NCBI RefSeq assembly: GCF_009914755.1
Contig: NC_060925.1
DNA: 64,000 nt
Reading direction: 5' to 3' (one strand)
Origin: the human T2T-CHM13v2.0 reference genome, Homo sapiens
Position numbers and translations under genes: made by a program. Positions 29,079 through 42,622 of the stretch are shown here, piece by piece. Below the pieces are notes generated by a model. The model had not been told where the DNA came from. It saw nothing but the letters and a program-made list of their open reading frames with translations, and did not search any database. The number at the start of each line of letters is the position of its first letter. Positions within the stretch are counted from its first letter, which is position 1.

Positions 29079-30177
29079 CAGAATTTGAAGTAAAGAATAA
29101 CTTGTTTAAAGATTAAGTAATAGTTACCAATAATAAATTAATCACCGAATAGAAGTTAACATTCAAAAATAATACATAATTTTGCTGTCTTTCTTTTTAT
29201 CACTTTCATTTCAGCAATATTTTTACTTCAAAGAATAATGAGTCATTTCTTGGCTTTAGTCAAATATTTAATTAAGAAGCTTCCTTACCGTGGATTGTTT
29301 ACAAATCTCTTTATGGCTTGGCATCCATATAACATGACAATTTCACTACCGCCTCTCTCACATTAAAATGAATATACCCACTTTGCTTGAAATATACCTA
29401 TCTATGTTGTGTGACTAGTTTGTTGGAAATATGTTAATAAATGATATGAAGTGATGTCACCTCTTTCCTAGGTGCTGGGATGTTTGCTTCAAAATAGATG
29501 CTTTCTGGATCAATCAAATAGTAGGAATTCAAGTGTTGTGCCTTCCAGGCATATCTATAAATTTCACTGTGTGTAATGAAAGCCCTAACCAGTTTTTTTT
29601 TTATATTGACATTGCTGAAAAATATATATAAGCAGTTGGTTAGTGAGGTTTGTATCACCCACAAAGATCTCTTCTGTCTCTAGTGTTGACTATTCAAATG
29701 GGACATAAAGATGTTGGTATTTTTACGGTCCCACTAGAAATTTAATTTGTGCCTCAAAATCTGTCACATGGGCTTTATTTATAACTTGGCATTTTCCTAA
29801 AATTCTAAATCATCATTGAAAAGTTGAGTTTAATCAATAGCAGGATTATAGCCGACTAAAACACTACTATGTTTGCTTTTAAAAGCAGATGATAAAGCAA
29901 TAAATTATTTTAATTAAGAATATCTTGAGAAGGATATTACATAATAAATATTCAGTCTTAAATTCAGATTTATCTTAACTAAGCTCATTATTTTCTTTCT
30001 AAATTATAGATACAGTATATGATAGCTTGATACTGGTTAATGTTAAAACATTGTTGTTTCTCTAAATATATTTGTAAAGCATATATTTACTTCTCAACCC
30101 TGTGAAATGCAAGAAGAACTTTCTAGATGGCACATCCTCATCAGCAAATAAAGTTGGGCCTCAAGAGTACTATTGCA

Positions 30178-30476
30178 GGCCGGGTGCAGTGGCTCATGCC
30201 TGTAATCTCAGAACTTTGGGAGGCTGAGGCAGGTGGATCACTTGAGGTCAGGAATTCAAGACCAGCTTGGCCAACATGGTGAAACCTCATCTCTACTAAA
30301 AATATAAAAATTAGCTGAGCATGGTGGCAGGCACCTGTAATCCCAGCTACTTGGGAGGCTGAGGCAGGAGAATTGCTTGAACCTAGGAGGCGTAGGCTGC
30401 ATTGAGCTGAGATCACGGCACTGCACTCTAAGCCTGGGCGACAGAGCAAGACCGTATCAAAAAAAAAAAAAAAAAA
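30178..30476 (+). mobile_element. AluS (Sx/Sz) SINE
   Basis: Full dimer. TSD AAGAGTACT(A/G)TTGCA. Confidence 0.95.
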
Positions 30477-31569
30477 AAGAGTACTGTTGCACACTATGTT
30501 TCTAAATCTATTAATGTGTTCTATATGCATATGATAGCCTTTAAATTATATTATACCAATCTTTATAAATTAAATATTTTTTTGACTGCTTGAAGATCAG
30601 TTTTTAAGAAAAGTGTGTTATCATTTCTTATTGCAGTTGTGAATTTCTTATAAATATGTGGGGTTGATCTGTATTTTTTCCATGTAATTTATATCTCAAT
30701 AATATAACTTGTTAAAATATTACTTATATATTTACTTTTATTAATAAGAATTTTCTCACATAATAACTAGGCCTTAGGCTCATTTTTAATATAAATACTG
30801 AGGCACAATCTATTTAGAGAAGGGGGGTTACTCTTTTTGAGGTGTATAGCCCCCCAACAATTTATTTCCACTTATTCTGTAAACTTGTCCGTAGTTTAAT
30901 TATTTGAAATAGTTCATAGTTTCACACAAAGTTCTCTCACTTTTGACAGATGAGTTTAACATTAGTGATTATGAACATACTTTGCATTTATTATCATCTT
31001 AAATTGTGCTTTTTATTCACCATGCTTGTTCTTTGACTTTTCTACAACCTCTTGATTTTCGTAGGATTGATAAAGTCCTTTTCATATAGGCTTTTTAAAT
31101 TTAATGGTTTATAAAATACAAATTTTATTTTTTCACTAGCACACAACATTTTAGCATAAATAATTTTTTCTAAGTCCGAAACTTATTAGAAACTATGACC
31201 TCTTGTAGAATGAGAAAGAATATTAGTCATTAAATTTTCCTTTGAATTTCGTTTTTTCTGTATTTTTATCTGCACTTTTAATTCCAGTTTGCTTTGAATG
31301 TCAAATTTTTAGTATTTTTTTATTATTTATTTATTATCATCTATTGTTTACAATAAATTGTTATTTATTGTAAAGGTATTGCATACCTTTAGATTTATTC
31401 TATAAATTTCTTTGATCGCTATAGTTTTTTCCACTTTTTTGTTTCATTTTGGATTATTTTTCTACGGAATTAATTTTTCTTTTTAATGAAGGATAGAATT
31501 TAGTAGTTCTTTCACATAGGGTCTATAAGTAGTAAATTTCTACATCATTTTCCCAAAATGTTGATAGTA

Positions 31570-32099
31570 CAGTTGTTTTGCTTTATCTCTGGATGTACAT
31601 TCCAATAACTCAGTGGACGCCTGAAACTGCATATAGTGCCAAACCCTGTATTTCCTATGTTGTTTTCCTTTATATACATGTATACATACATACATACCCA
31701 TGATAAAATTTAGTTTATAAATTTAAGCACAGAAGAAATTAACAGTGACTTATGAAATAGAATAACTATAACAGTATGCTGGTATCACTACTGCTGTACT
31801 TTGGAGCCATTATTAAATAAAATAAAGGCTACCTGAACATATTGCAATACCATGACAGTTGATTTAACTGAGACAGCAACTCTGGGACTAATGGGAAGGC
31901 CAGTGTATACAGTGGATACACTTGACAAAGGGATAATTCACATTCCTGGCAAGACAAAATAAGACAGCAAAAGATTTCATTATGCTACCCACAATGGCAT
32001 GCAACTTAAAGCAATGTAGATTTCAGGAACTTTCCATTTAATATTTTAGGATGCAGTTTATTGTGGGTAACTGAAACTGTGAATACTGGGGGACTACTG
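31570..32099. mobile_element. MER44B-like (Tigger7 derivative) DNA transposon
   Basis: TA|CAGT...GGGGGACTACTG|TA termini and internal GGATACACTTGACAAAGGGATAATTCAC. Confidence 0.85.
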
Positions 32100-32961
32100 T
32101 ATACCCTTTCTTTTGAAGAGTAGAGAATAACTTAATTCCAATTTATTGCTATTTTCTACTTCGCTTTACAGCAATTACTTCAAAGTTTATGTATTCCTTT
32201 CTGTTCATAAAACATCTCTATTAATTTGACTCCTGTACTTTTGAAAGAGATCTGTCATTTCTTTTTGATTGATTTTCAGATTTTGTCTCTATATATGATG
32301 TTCTGCAATTTCAATATGCAATGGTAAAATCGTGATTATTTTCTAAAATTTCATAGCTCTGCTCTTAACTTGATAATACTTCTGGCCCAAACACTCAAAA
32401 TATTAATTGGTATGAGAGGATATTCAGCCACAATATTCATTCATCCCCAAATAGTCTTCAAATGTTACTTTTTTTCTTGTTAAATTTTATTCATTTCCTA
32501 AAAAAAAAAAAAAAAAAATTAAATATAGGATGGAACTACTCATTCTAGTCATGCTATTTCTGAACTTTAAAAAATATGTTTTTCACTTACATCTCTAGAT
32601 ACTTTATTTGGGGATATTTATTTATATTTATTCCCCCAATTTATTCTACTTTTTGCTGAAATGTGTCTAATATTTAATCTACGTACGATAGAGTGTGAGT
32701 GAACGTTTATTTAAGTATCTGAATATTTTTATTTCCCAAATCAGTTTTATTTCATACCTTTTATTTCTTATTTGTATTAGTTTTCTACTGCTGTGTAATA
32801 AATTATCATCAGAGCTTACCGGCTTAAAACAATCCATATTTATTTTCTCACAGTTGCTGTGCACCAGAAGCCCTGGCATGGCATACTTAGACTCTGCTTG
32901 ACATATTACAATACTACAGTCAAAGTGTGGGTCAGGCTGCATTAAAAATGTATATATTTTA

Positions 32962-33242
<281 letters not shown>

Positions 33243-33261
33243 TATTATTATTATATATTTC

Positions 33262-33365
33262 ATTATCATTATTTTAATTTCTAATTTTAGGGGGTACATA
33301 GTAGATGTATATATTTATAGGGTACATGAGAAACCTTGATACAGGCATGCAATGAATGCATAATA
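33262..33365 (-). mobile_element. L1MA 3'-end fragment
   Basis: GGGTACATAGTAGATGTATATATTTATAGGGTACATGAG..GATACAGGCATGCAATG. Flanked by a GGCTGCATT duplication at ~32935 and ~33391. Confidence 0.8.
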
Positions 33366-34479
33366 ATTGAGGGTAGAAGCATAATTACCGGGCTGCATTT
33401 TAATCTGGTGAATTGACTGGGAGAGAATACGCTTCCAAGTTAATTTAGCTGGTTGTCAAAATTCATCCCCTTGTGACTGCATGACTGGGGTCCTCTGATT
33501 CTTATTGATGGTTAGCTTGAGGCTGCCCTGAGGTTCTAGATGCTGCCCACATTTCCCTGTCATGTGGTCTTCCCACAGACCCTTTAACAGCATGTAAATT
33601 ACTTCTCCAGTGCCAGCAGAAGAACCTGTTCTTCCAGTGATTACAGTCTTATATAACAAATATGTATGGTAGTGACATTCCATATTTTTTTCATATTTTA
33701 GTGACTAGAAGCAAGTCACAGATTCCACCTGTGCTCAAAAGAAGGAGGTGCACAAAAGTGTGATGGACTGGGGATTGTGTATAATGTGTTTACCATATTA
33801 TTTAATAAATTCCTTTATTCATGTCATGGTTGCTATTCTTTATATTTTTAGACATTTGTAACTACTATTTTCATGGTCCTCTTGGAATTTCTCATTATAT
33901 CTCTATGTGTTAATAGGTATTCTCCTTAATTCACATTTTCTGTTGAAAAAAAGTAATTTTTGTTTAATAAGTTATAAGTGCTCCAATTTTTGTTTGAGAG
34001 CTTATGTTATATAAAATTTTGTTTCTCTTTGAATTCCATTTTGTTGTGTAGTTTTTTGTTTGCTATTTTGAGGCATCTATGCTGCATATCACTAAACTGG
34101 CCTTATATTAGAAACCTCAGGATTTTGTACTACATGGGAAATTTAGTCTGCCCACTAAGGTTAACTTATTCATCACACACAATTGCCACAGTGCCTATAG
34201 CCCACAATATCTTAGGATCCCTTGGAAATGTTTAATTTTAATATTTTCTTCAGTTATATTTTTACACATTTGATTATTTTACCTGTGTTTAACACATTGA
34301 AGACTCTGAACACATTAATCAATGACTTCTCACCCATAAACTTTTATAGTTGGACTAAGCATTTCTATGTTCACCATTCTCCCTCTCCACTGCTTAACTG
34401 TAGCGTGCTGGATCTTCTCAATTAGCCACCATAGATTTATTCACTACTCATGTTTCTCTGTTACAGAAGTCTGTCTTAT

Positions 34480-34730
34480 GGTCTATACCAAAGTAACCCT
34501 CTTATCCTCTTGCCCTCCATCATCTGATTTGATTCAGCCAATGGTAGGTACCTGTATGATATTGTATAAAGGAAAGGACGAGAACATTTATTTCCCCACA
34601 TCCTTCCCTATAGTTATACAGATTGTTAGCGGCTCTGTTGCAAGGCATCAGCTCCTTTCTAGTGGTCCTTTTCTCTATATAACTTTAGCTATTGCTCTCT
34701 ATATGTTCTGGCAACTCCACCCTTCATTTG
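34480..34730. mobile_element. LTR33-like ERVL LTR fragment
   Basis: GATTCAGCCAATGGTAGGTACC...ATTTATTTCCCC resembles LTR33. Confidence 0.45.
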
Positions 34731-34734
34731 TATA

Positions 34735-37260
34735 CTGAAAATTACAAAATTTTAATGGAAGAAACTAAAGAAGACACAAATATATAAAAATATATTTTAC
34801 ACTCATGAGCTAGAAAATTTAATATTGTTCAAATATTTATACTACTTAATCTACAGATTCAGTGAAATCCCTATCAAAAATGTGGTGGCATTTTTTACGA
34901 AATTAGAAAGAATAATTTTGAAATTCATATGAAACTACAAAAGACCACAAATATTCAAGCATACCACTTTCTCATTTCAAAATACATTACAAAGCTACAG
35001 TAATTAAAACAATATGACACTAGCATGAAAACAGACATACTGACCAATGATATAGAATATAGAGCTGAGAAATAAACTCATGCATATACAGTTAACTAAT
35101 TTTTGATCATATGGCAAGAACACATAATAAAGAAAAGATAGTGTCCTCAACAAATGGTGTTGGGTAAACTGTATATCAATGTGCAAATGAATAAATTTGT
35201 ATTCTTATCTCACATAATACACAAAAATTATCCCAAAAATAGATTAAAGGCTTAAACATAAAAGCTGAAACTGTTAAGTTTCCAGAAGAAAAGAAGAGAA
35301 AAATCTTCATGACATTGGTCTTTGCAATGATGTCTTAGATATGACACCAAAAACATAGAAAACAATAGCAAAACAGACAAATGGGACTACATCAAACTAA
35401 AATGTCTTTCACAGCAAAGGTAATAATCAACAGAGTAATAAGACAACCTACAGAGTCAGAAAGAAAAACATTTAGAAGCCATATATCTGATAAAGGGTTA
35501 ATATCCAAGATATATAAGACATTTCTACAACTCAATAGCAAAAAAAAAGGGGTAGGGAAGCAAAGGGCTTCAATAGACATTTTTCCAAAGAAGACATACG
35601 AATTGATAATGGGTATATAAACAGGATACTTAACATCATTAATTAGCAGAGAAATGCAAATAAACACCACAATATCACCTTACACCTGTTAGAATGGGTA
35701 TTGAAAAAAAAAGCAGTAGTGAGCCTGTGAAAACTAAGAAATCTTTTTACACTGTTGGTAGGAATGTAAAATGATGCAGCTGTTATGGAAACGGTATGGT
35801 GATTTCTCAAAAGATTAAAAATAAAGCTACCATGTGATCCAGAAATTCCACTTTGGGGTATTTATTCAGAAATGTTGAAATCAGGATCTCAGAGATATCT
35901 GCATTCTCATAGTCACTGCAGTATTATTTGCAATAGTAAAGATATGGGAGCAACAAAAGTGTACATCAGTGGATGAAAAGAAAAAGCAAATGTAGAATAT
36001 ATGTACAAATAAATATTATTTAGCCTTAAAAATGAAGAACCACTACATGCCTATTAGAATGGCCAAAATCCACAACACTGACAACACCAAATCCTGCAAG
36101 GACGTGGATTAACACAAACTTATTTATTGCTGATGGGAATGGAAAATAGTACAACCACTTTGGAAGACAATTTGGCAGTTTCTTAAGAAGCTAAGCATAT
36201 TCTTACCTTACATACAATGTGGCAGTTAAGCTTCTTGGTGGTTACTCAAAGGAATTGAAAGCTTATGTCCACACAAAACCTGCACATAAATGTTTAGAGC
36301 AGCGTTCTTTGTAATTGCCAAAGTTTGAAAGCAACGAGCTGTTATTTAGTAGGTGAGTGGATAAACTGTAGTACAATCCAACAATGGAATATTATTCTTC
36401 ACTCAAAAGAAATGGGCTAGCAAGCTATGAAAAGTCATGGAAGAACCTTAAATGTGTACTCTTAAGTGATACAAGCCAATCTGAAAAGGCTACATACTCT
36501 ATGATTCCAACTGTATTACATTCTGAAAAAGGTAAAACTATGGAGACAATGAAAAGATCAGTGGTTGATAATGGTTACGAAGGTGAGAGGAATGAAAAGG
36601 TTGATTACAGAGTATATTTAGGGCAGTGACACTATTCTGTATGATACTATAATGATGACTACATGGCATTACACATTTTTCCAAACCCATAGAATGTGTA
36701 ATATCAAGAGTAAGCCCTAATGTAAACTGTGGACTCTGATTGATTGTGAGGTGTCTGTGTAGGCTTATCAATTGTAACAGTTGTACCACTCTGGTGGAGG
36801 ATGTTGATAATGGGGAAGGCTATCCATGTGTGGGAGCAAGGAATATATGAAAAATCTCTGTGCCTTTCACTGAAATTTACTGTGATCCTAAAACTGCTCT
36901 ATTAAAATAAATGAAGGAAATTTTGTTATATACAGCAATACGGATGCACCTTGTACACACTATGTCAAGTGAAAAACAACCATTTACAAAAAGACGAATA
37001 CTACATAATCTCACTTATATGAGGTCATTAAAATAGTCAAATTCATGGGAAGAAATGGTAGAGTAGCAGTTAAAAGGGATGGAAGAGTTAGAAATGGAGG
37101 GTTTGCTATCCAATAGCTATAAAGTTTTAGTTGTCCAAGATGAATAATTTCTAGAGATTTTCTGTGTAGTATTGTGCCCATAGTGCACACAAAAGTGTAT
37201 TGTGCAAATAAAAATTTAAGAGAGTAGATTTTAAATTTTCTTACCACAATAAACAAAAAG
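34735..37260 (+). mobile_element. L1MA9/L1MB-like ORF2 3' part and 3'UTR, interrupted at ~36038-36908
   Basis: ORF2 C-terminal similarity, AAATCAGGATCTCAGAGATATCTGCA, and an end near AGAGTAGATTTTAAA..CTTACCACAATAAA. Confidence 0.85.
36038..36908 (+). mobile_element. L1MC1/2-like 3' fragment
   Basis: AATGTAAACTGTGGACT..GTACCACTCTGGTGG..CCTAAAACTGCTCT end. TSD AAATGAAG at 36030-37 and 36909-16. Confidence 0.8.
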
Positions 37261-39376
37261 GACTACAGATAAAGTTGACATGTGTTGCTTTTACTCTTGT
37301 GAGGTCTAATTTCTTCCCTGCTCAGAGACAACTATGACATTCCGTATGGGTGATAATAGCCCACATTTTAAATTTTCTTAAATATCTATATTTAGCTGTA
37401 TTTTGTTAGCTGAATCTTATACTTGCTGATTAATAGTCTTAATTATTCTAATGTTGTTGCTTTATAATAGCTTTTCTCTTAGCTTTTAAAATTTGTCTTA
37501 TCTTGGTGTTGTGTAATTTCACTATGATATAACTGTGTGATTTGGTGTGCTCTCCATCTGAGGAAGACAAAAAAATCATTTATTTCTTATCAATTTGTAA
37601 AAAAAAATCCATGTTATCCAGGATGTTAGGAATTCCCTATAAATTCTGCCCTTCACTATTTTCTTGATAGATGGGAGATGGAACTCCACTATTGAACTTT
37701 TGTATCTCTGAACTTTTTTGTTATATACCTTTACTTATCTGCTATGGCTTACCTAAAGTATATCCCAGTTTTGAGGGTATTTTTAAATAATTATGTCTGA
37801 ATGTATACATAGTGATCCACGTATATCTATTTCTATACACACACACAGATTTACTATTCCCGTATACAACAGTTTTTTTTCAGACCTGGCTATATTTATT
37901 TCATCATTCCCTATTATTTATGAACATTACATTTCTGTGTGTGCACGTGTGTGTGTGTGTCTGTGTACATGTATTCTGTCATCGCTTTGGCGCAAAGAGT
38001 TAATTTCCATATGTAAACTCATCATCTTGACTAAAAATTTAAGTTTAAATTTGGAGATTATTTCCCAAGTAGAAGTTTGGAAATGTTTTAATAATATACA
38101 GGATAGTTTCAGTTCAATATTTATAATGGTATTTTCTATTACATTTTTTACCTATTCTAAAATCCAGTAGAAATTTAGTTTAGCTTCTTTTGTTAAAGTT
38201 ATTATTAGAAGAGTTAGCATTTTACAAACTGACATTGGTTTTAAAAAAAGACTATTCTCACAAACTGATTTTGCTTTAAATTTCATTTATTAATATTTAA
38301 ACACTTGTGATATAAATTACCTTTATAGTATTTCCTGTGTATATATTACTATGAAAATTTCACAGAAGGTTGGGAGGGAGGGTTGATATGTATGTCAAGA
38401 ATTTAAACAAATGTGCCGAGGAAATTATCACATAATCATTCACTTGTCCTCAATTTACTTCAAAGATAGTTACCAGATAATCTTGAAACTATACAGAGTA
38501 ATGTTAATTTATGACATTTCCCTGCTAGACCTAGAGTTACTTGATTTGTTTATATAGTTAAAAAGTGTTTATTTAATATACTTATTGTTCACTCTCGTGA
38601 CAACAGCTTTGCATGTGATCATATATTGAGATACAGCCTGCATTTTACAATACCAATAACTTTTTATAAAAGTATTAGCCAGTCAGTTTCTTGACACTCA
38701 AGTCAATAGAAACTTTTACTGGCTGATTCTCATAACTTTAATAAGACACCAAAATGACCTTAGATTTTCTCTCCTTACCGAGCTGTCGGTTCAAAATGCC
38801 TAAGGCTGAAATAATATTCCTTGCCTGTAGCAACCCCATGCCATCTGCCCCAACTGGAACCACCCTCACTTTCTCTATCTCCCAACTCTTCCATAGGTTA
38901 TATCATATTATATTGGATTTTTTAGTTTGAATTTGAACTCCAAGTTATAAACACTTCTGACTTTTTTTAGGTTTGCATTTTCTTTGCTTTTTTTCTTCTT
39001 CTTTTTTAATATATAGAGGCTAATATTTGAATTTGCAATGACTTTTTTCTTCTCTGTTGCCTCATCACTATTCCCTTTAGTGAAGACTTATTTAATGATA
39101 CTAAGATTGATGTGCTTTGGTTTGTCCATTATTTCCTGTAGAAACATAAACCCCACAGAGCTCAGTTACCCTTAACTTTATATTTATTATAGTTCCATTG
39201 AAATATAGTCAATAATATATCTCTGACAGATAAGATAGCTTAACACTTTTTTGTCATCTGACTCACTTATTATTTTATATCCAATAAGTGATTCACAAAG
39301 TATTACTTATGTTAAAATAACTTAGCAAGATAAGTCTGATAATAACATCATATTACTATTTTTAAATAATAAAAAT

Positions 39377-39680
39377 AGCCGGGTGTGGTGGCTCATGCCT
39401 GTAATCCTATCACTGTGGGAGGCCAAGGGGGGCTGATCTTCCTGAGGTCAGAGGTTTGAGACCAGCCTGGCCAACATGGAGAAATCTCGTCTGTACTAAA
39501 AATGCAAAAATTAGCCAGGCATGGTAGTGCATGCCTGTAGTCTCAGCTACGTGGGAGGCTGAGGCAGGAGAATCGCTTCAACTCAGGAGGCAGAAGTTGC
39601 AGTGAGCCAAGATTGTGCTATTGCATTCTTGCCTGGGCGACAGAGCAAGAATCCATCTCAAAAACAAAACAAAACAAAAC
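39377..39680 (+). mobile_element. AluS SINE with an (AAAAC)n tail
   Basis: Full dimer. Confidence 0.93.
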
Positions 39681-40594
39681 CCATCTAAATTAATTTATCT
39701 AGAAAAGATTCAGTATGAGTACGGTAATTATAGGTGCTTTTATATAGCACAATTCTAATTTACAGAGGGATCAGTCTGAAAAACAATGCAGCCTGTTGGA
39801 TTTTTTTTTTTTTTGCATGAAAAACCACAAACTACAAATGTCAAATGAACAAAATAAATAGTAGATTAATATATACCAAGTTCTTTCATCTCCTTTAGAA
39901 GTTCAAGCCACGAGGCCTTTTCTTAAGACCAAATCAGTCTCCATAGAATGAAAAAAGATATATATTATTGTATTCTTATACACAAAGTTGGAGAAGTATG
40001 TCAAAATATACTTATGGCATTTCTTTTGTCTATAAATAGTGAGAAATCATTTAAAGGTGATTTTATTTCTCACTCAAACTAATTAGAATACATATTAGTA
40101 AAATCAATTTCCAATTATACATGTGTGAATTATTCATTTGATTAATTACCAAAATAAGACAGTTAATTTTTTAATCCAATTCATTTGCACCTAATATGAT
40201 TCTACCCACTACTTTTTCAAAGTTTTCTAAATGAACATTTTAGGCAAATTTTTAAAAATTTCCTAAGGAATCACCAGTATGTTCATTGATGTCCTCCCTG
40301 AAAATCTTACAATTTAAAAATTGACTATCTGCCATCTGCCCAAGTATGTGCCAAATGTTGGGAAAGGTAAGGTCCTTCATAGACCAATTTAATACATTAT
40401 CAAGAAAACCTGTCTAATAGCAGTAAATAATTACTTTTATGTGTTTTAAATTTAACATAAAATTATAAAGGTTTTGTGATATGATCTCTGAAAGCATTCA
40501 GAAAGGGAAGGAGTTAGTTCAAGTGGGTGCAAATGTGAGGGTGTTTCTTCAGACAAGAAAGAACCAGAGAGGAAACTTTTGCTGTATCAATGTA

Positions 40595-41340
40595 TTTATT
40601 TAAATCATGTTCATTGAATATGTACTAGGGTCCAATACACATTTCTAGGTATTTGATAAGCAGTAATGATACAAAACAATTAATATTCCATGTAGTCATG
40701 GAAATTATATTCTAGCAGTGAGAAAAAAAGAAGAAAAATTAATAGATAAATGCTATTATGTGCTAGAAAACAATACATGTTATTAAAAAGGGGTGGAGCA
40801 GGGGAAAGTAAATCAGGTGAGAGGCATGATAAGGTACACCAGAGATGGTGGGATAGTAACTTTTAACATTCAAAAGCTTGGCCAAGACAGACATCACTGA
40901 AGGTCAGATTTGAACCAAGTTTTGAGGAAGAGTTAGCCATGCAAATATCTACCTGGAGCATTCCAGGTAGAAAAAAAAAAAAAAAAAAAAAAAAAAACAG
41001 AAAAAAGGCTCAAAGGTCTAAGTAAACCTAGTGTGTTCAAGAACTGGGGGCGGCTACAGAGAAAGTATACTAGACCATGTAAGGCCTTGATATATATTAC
41101 AAGGACTTTGGCTTTTACTCTGACTGAAATACGAGGTTACTGCAGAATTTTGAGCACAAGAATGACAAGATCTAACTTATGTTTGGTATCTGTGTTGAGG
41201 ACCATTATCGACATATGCAAGTGAATGAGGTGGATAAGATTAGACACAAACATATTGTGAGTCTTTTGGAGTAATCCAACTGAAGAATGACAGTAACTTA
41301 GCTCATTAAAAGTGAGAAAAGTAATTGAAATTTGAGGAGG
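40595..41340 (-). mobile_element. L2 remnant
   Basis: L2-like GACATCACTGAAGGTCAGATTTGAAC and AAGGACTTTGGCTTTTACTCTGA. Contains an A27 run at 40971-40997. Confidence 0.7.
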
Positions 41341-41783
41341 GTAGACTTCCATAGATGCAAATGTTGCAGGTAGGTATATATGGTAGTGAGAGTCTGTGGA
41401 AGTTACAGAACTAACAACAATTAGTAAATTGGATGTGCAGCATGCATAGATTAACCATAATGTATTATCAAAACAGGCAACTATGACAGAGAGGATATTA
41501 ATATAATCAAGAAATATATATTATATAATGACTATATATTAATGTGTAACACACAATTATTGGATTTTAATTAATATATTTTCAGAATAATATATCTGTG
41601 TTGTATATTGTTGTGTAAAAATTTAGCATTTTAAAACAATGTGAATATATGCTCTTACATTTGGGTCTGAAGTCTGGGTACAGGTTAACTGGGTGTTATA
41701 CTCAGGATCTCATGTCACTGAATCAAGTTCTCTACATGGACCATGATCTCATCTGATGCTTCAGATTATCTTCCAAGTTCACT

Positions 41784-41960
41784 AGTCGTTGGCAGAATTC
41801 AGTCCCTTGTGGCTGTATGAGTGAGGGTCAGTTTCCTTCCTTCCTTCCTTCCTTCCTTCCTTCCTTCCTTCCTTCCTTCCTTCCTTCCTTCCCTCCCTCC
41901 CTCCCCCTCTCCCTCCCTTCCTGCCTCCTTCCTTCCTTCCTTGCTTCCTTTCTTTCTTTC

Positions 41961-42023
<63 letters not shown>

Positions 42024-42074
42024 CTCTCTCTCTCCCTCCCTCCCTCCCTCCCTTCCTTTCCTTCCTTCCTTCCT

Positions 42075-42149
<75 letters not shown>

Positions 42150-42372
42150 CTTTTCTTTCTTTTTCCTTCCTTCCTTCCTTCCTTCCATCCTTCCTTCCTT
42201 CCTTTCTTCCTTTCTTTCTTTTTCCTTTCTCTTCCCTCTTCCCTCTTCCCTTCCCTTCCCTTCCCTTCCCTTCCCTTCCCTTCCCTTCCCTTCCCTTCCC
42301 TTCCCTTCCCTTCCCTTCCACTGGACCTCATTCATTCATGCAACCACAAGGGACTGAATTCTGCCAACAACT
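41784..42372. repeat. ~50-bp inverted repeat flanking the microsatellite
   Basis: Arms at 41784-41832 and 42320-42372. Perfect 25-bp core GTTGGCAGAATTCAGTCCCTTGTGG / CCACAAGGGACTGAATTCTGCCAAC. Confidence 0.95.
41832..42319. repeat. Compound homopyrimidine microsatellite (TTCC)n/(TCCC)n/(TTTC)n/(TC)n/(TTCCC)n
   Basis: ~488 bp that is almost purely C/T on the plus strand. Confidence 0.98.
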
Positions 42373-42622
42373 CAGAAAGAAAATTGGACCTTGGGACACT
42401 TGGGAATACTTTCAACTCCTTGAAGCTATGTGAGGTACCTAGATACATGTCCCATTCACAGCATGGCAGCTAAAATTAGTTAAAGCCAGCAAAAGTGTCT
42501 CTCTCCAGTCTACTACAGTGGAATCTTATATAATGTAATATAACCAGGAAAGTAATTGTTCCACCATATTCACAAATTTCTTTCATATTCTATATGGTGA
42601 TTACACTGGATATATGCAACAG

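Larger units (their letters stand above)
41655..42622 (-). mobile_element. MLT1 (E-like) LTR interrupted by a microsatellite and an inverted duplication
   Basis: MLT1 motifs CTTCCAAGTTCACT..GTTGGCAGAATTCAGTCCCTTGTGG and CACAGCATGGCAGCT..AAAGCCAGCAA. Confidence 0.75.

Noticed and set aside
41782-42473. Five long ORFs of 167-218 aa (KERK/EGRK or FLPS repeats)
   Set aside because: They are translations of a stop-free pyrimidine/purine microsatellite.
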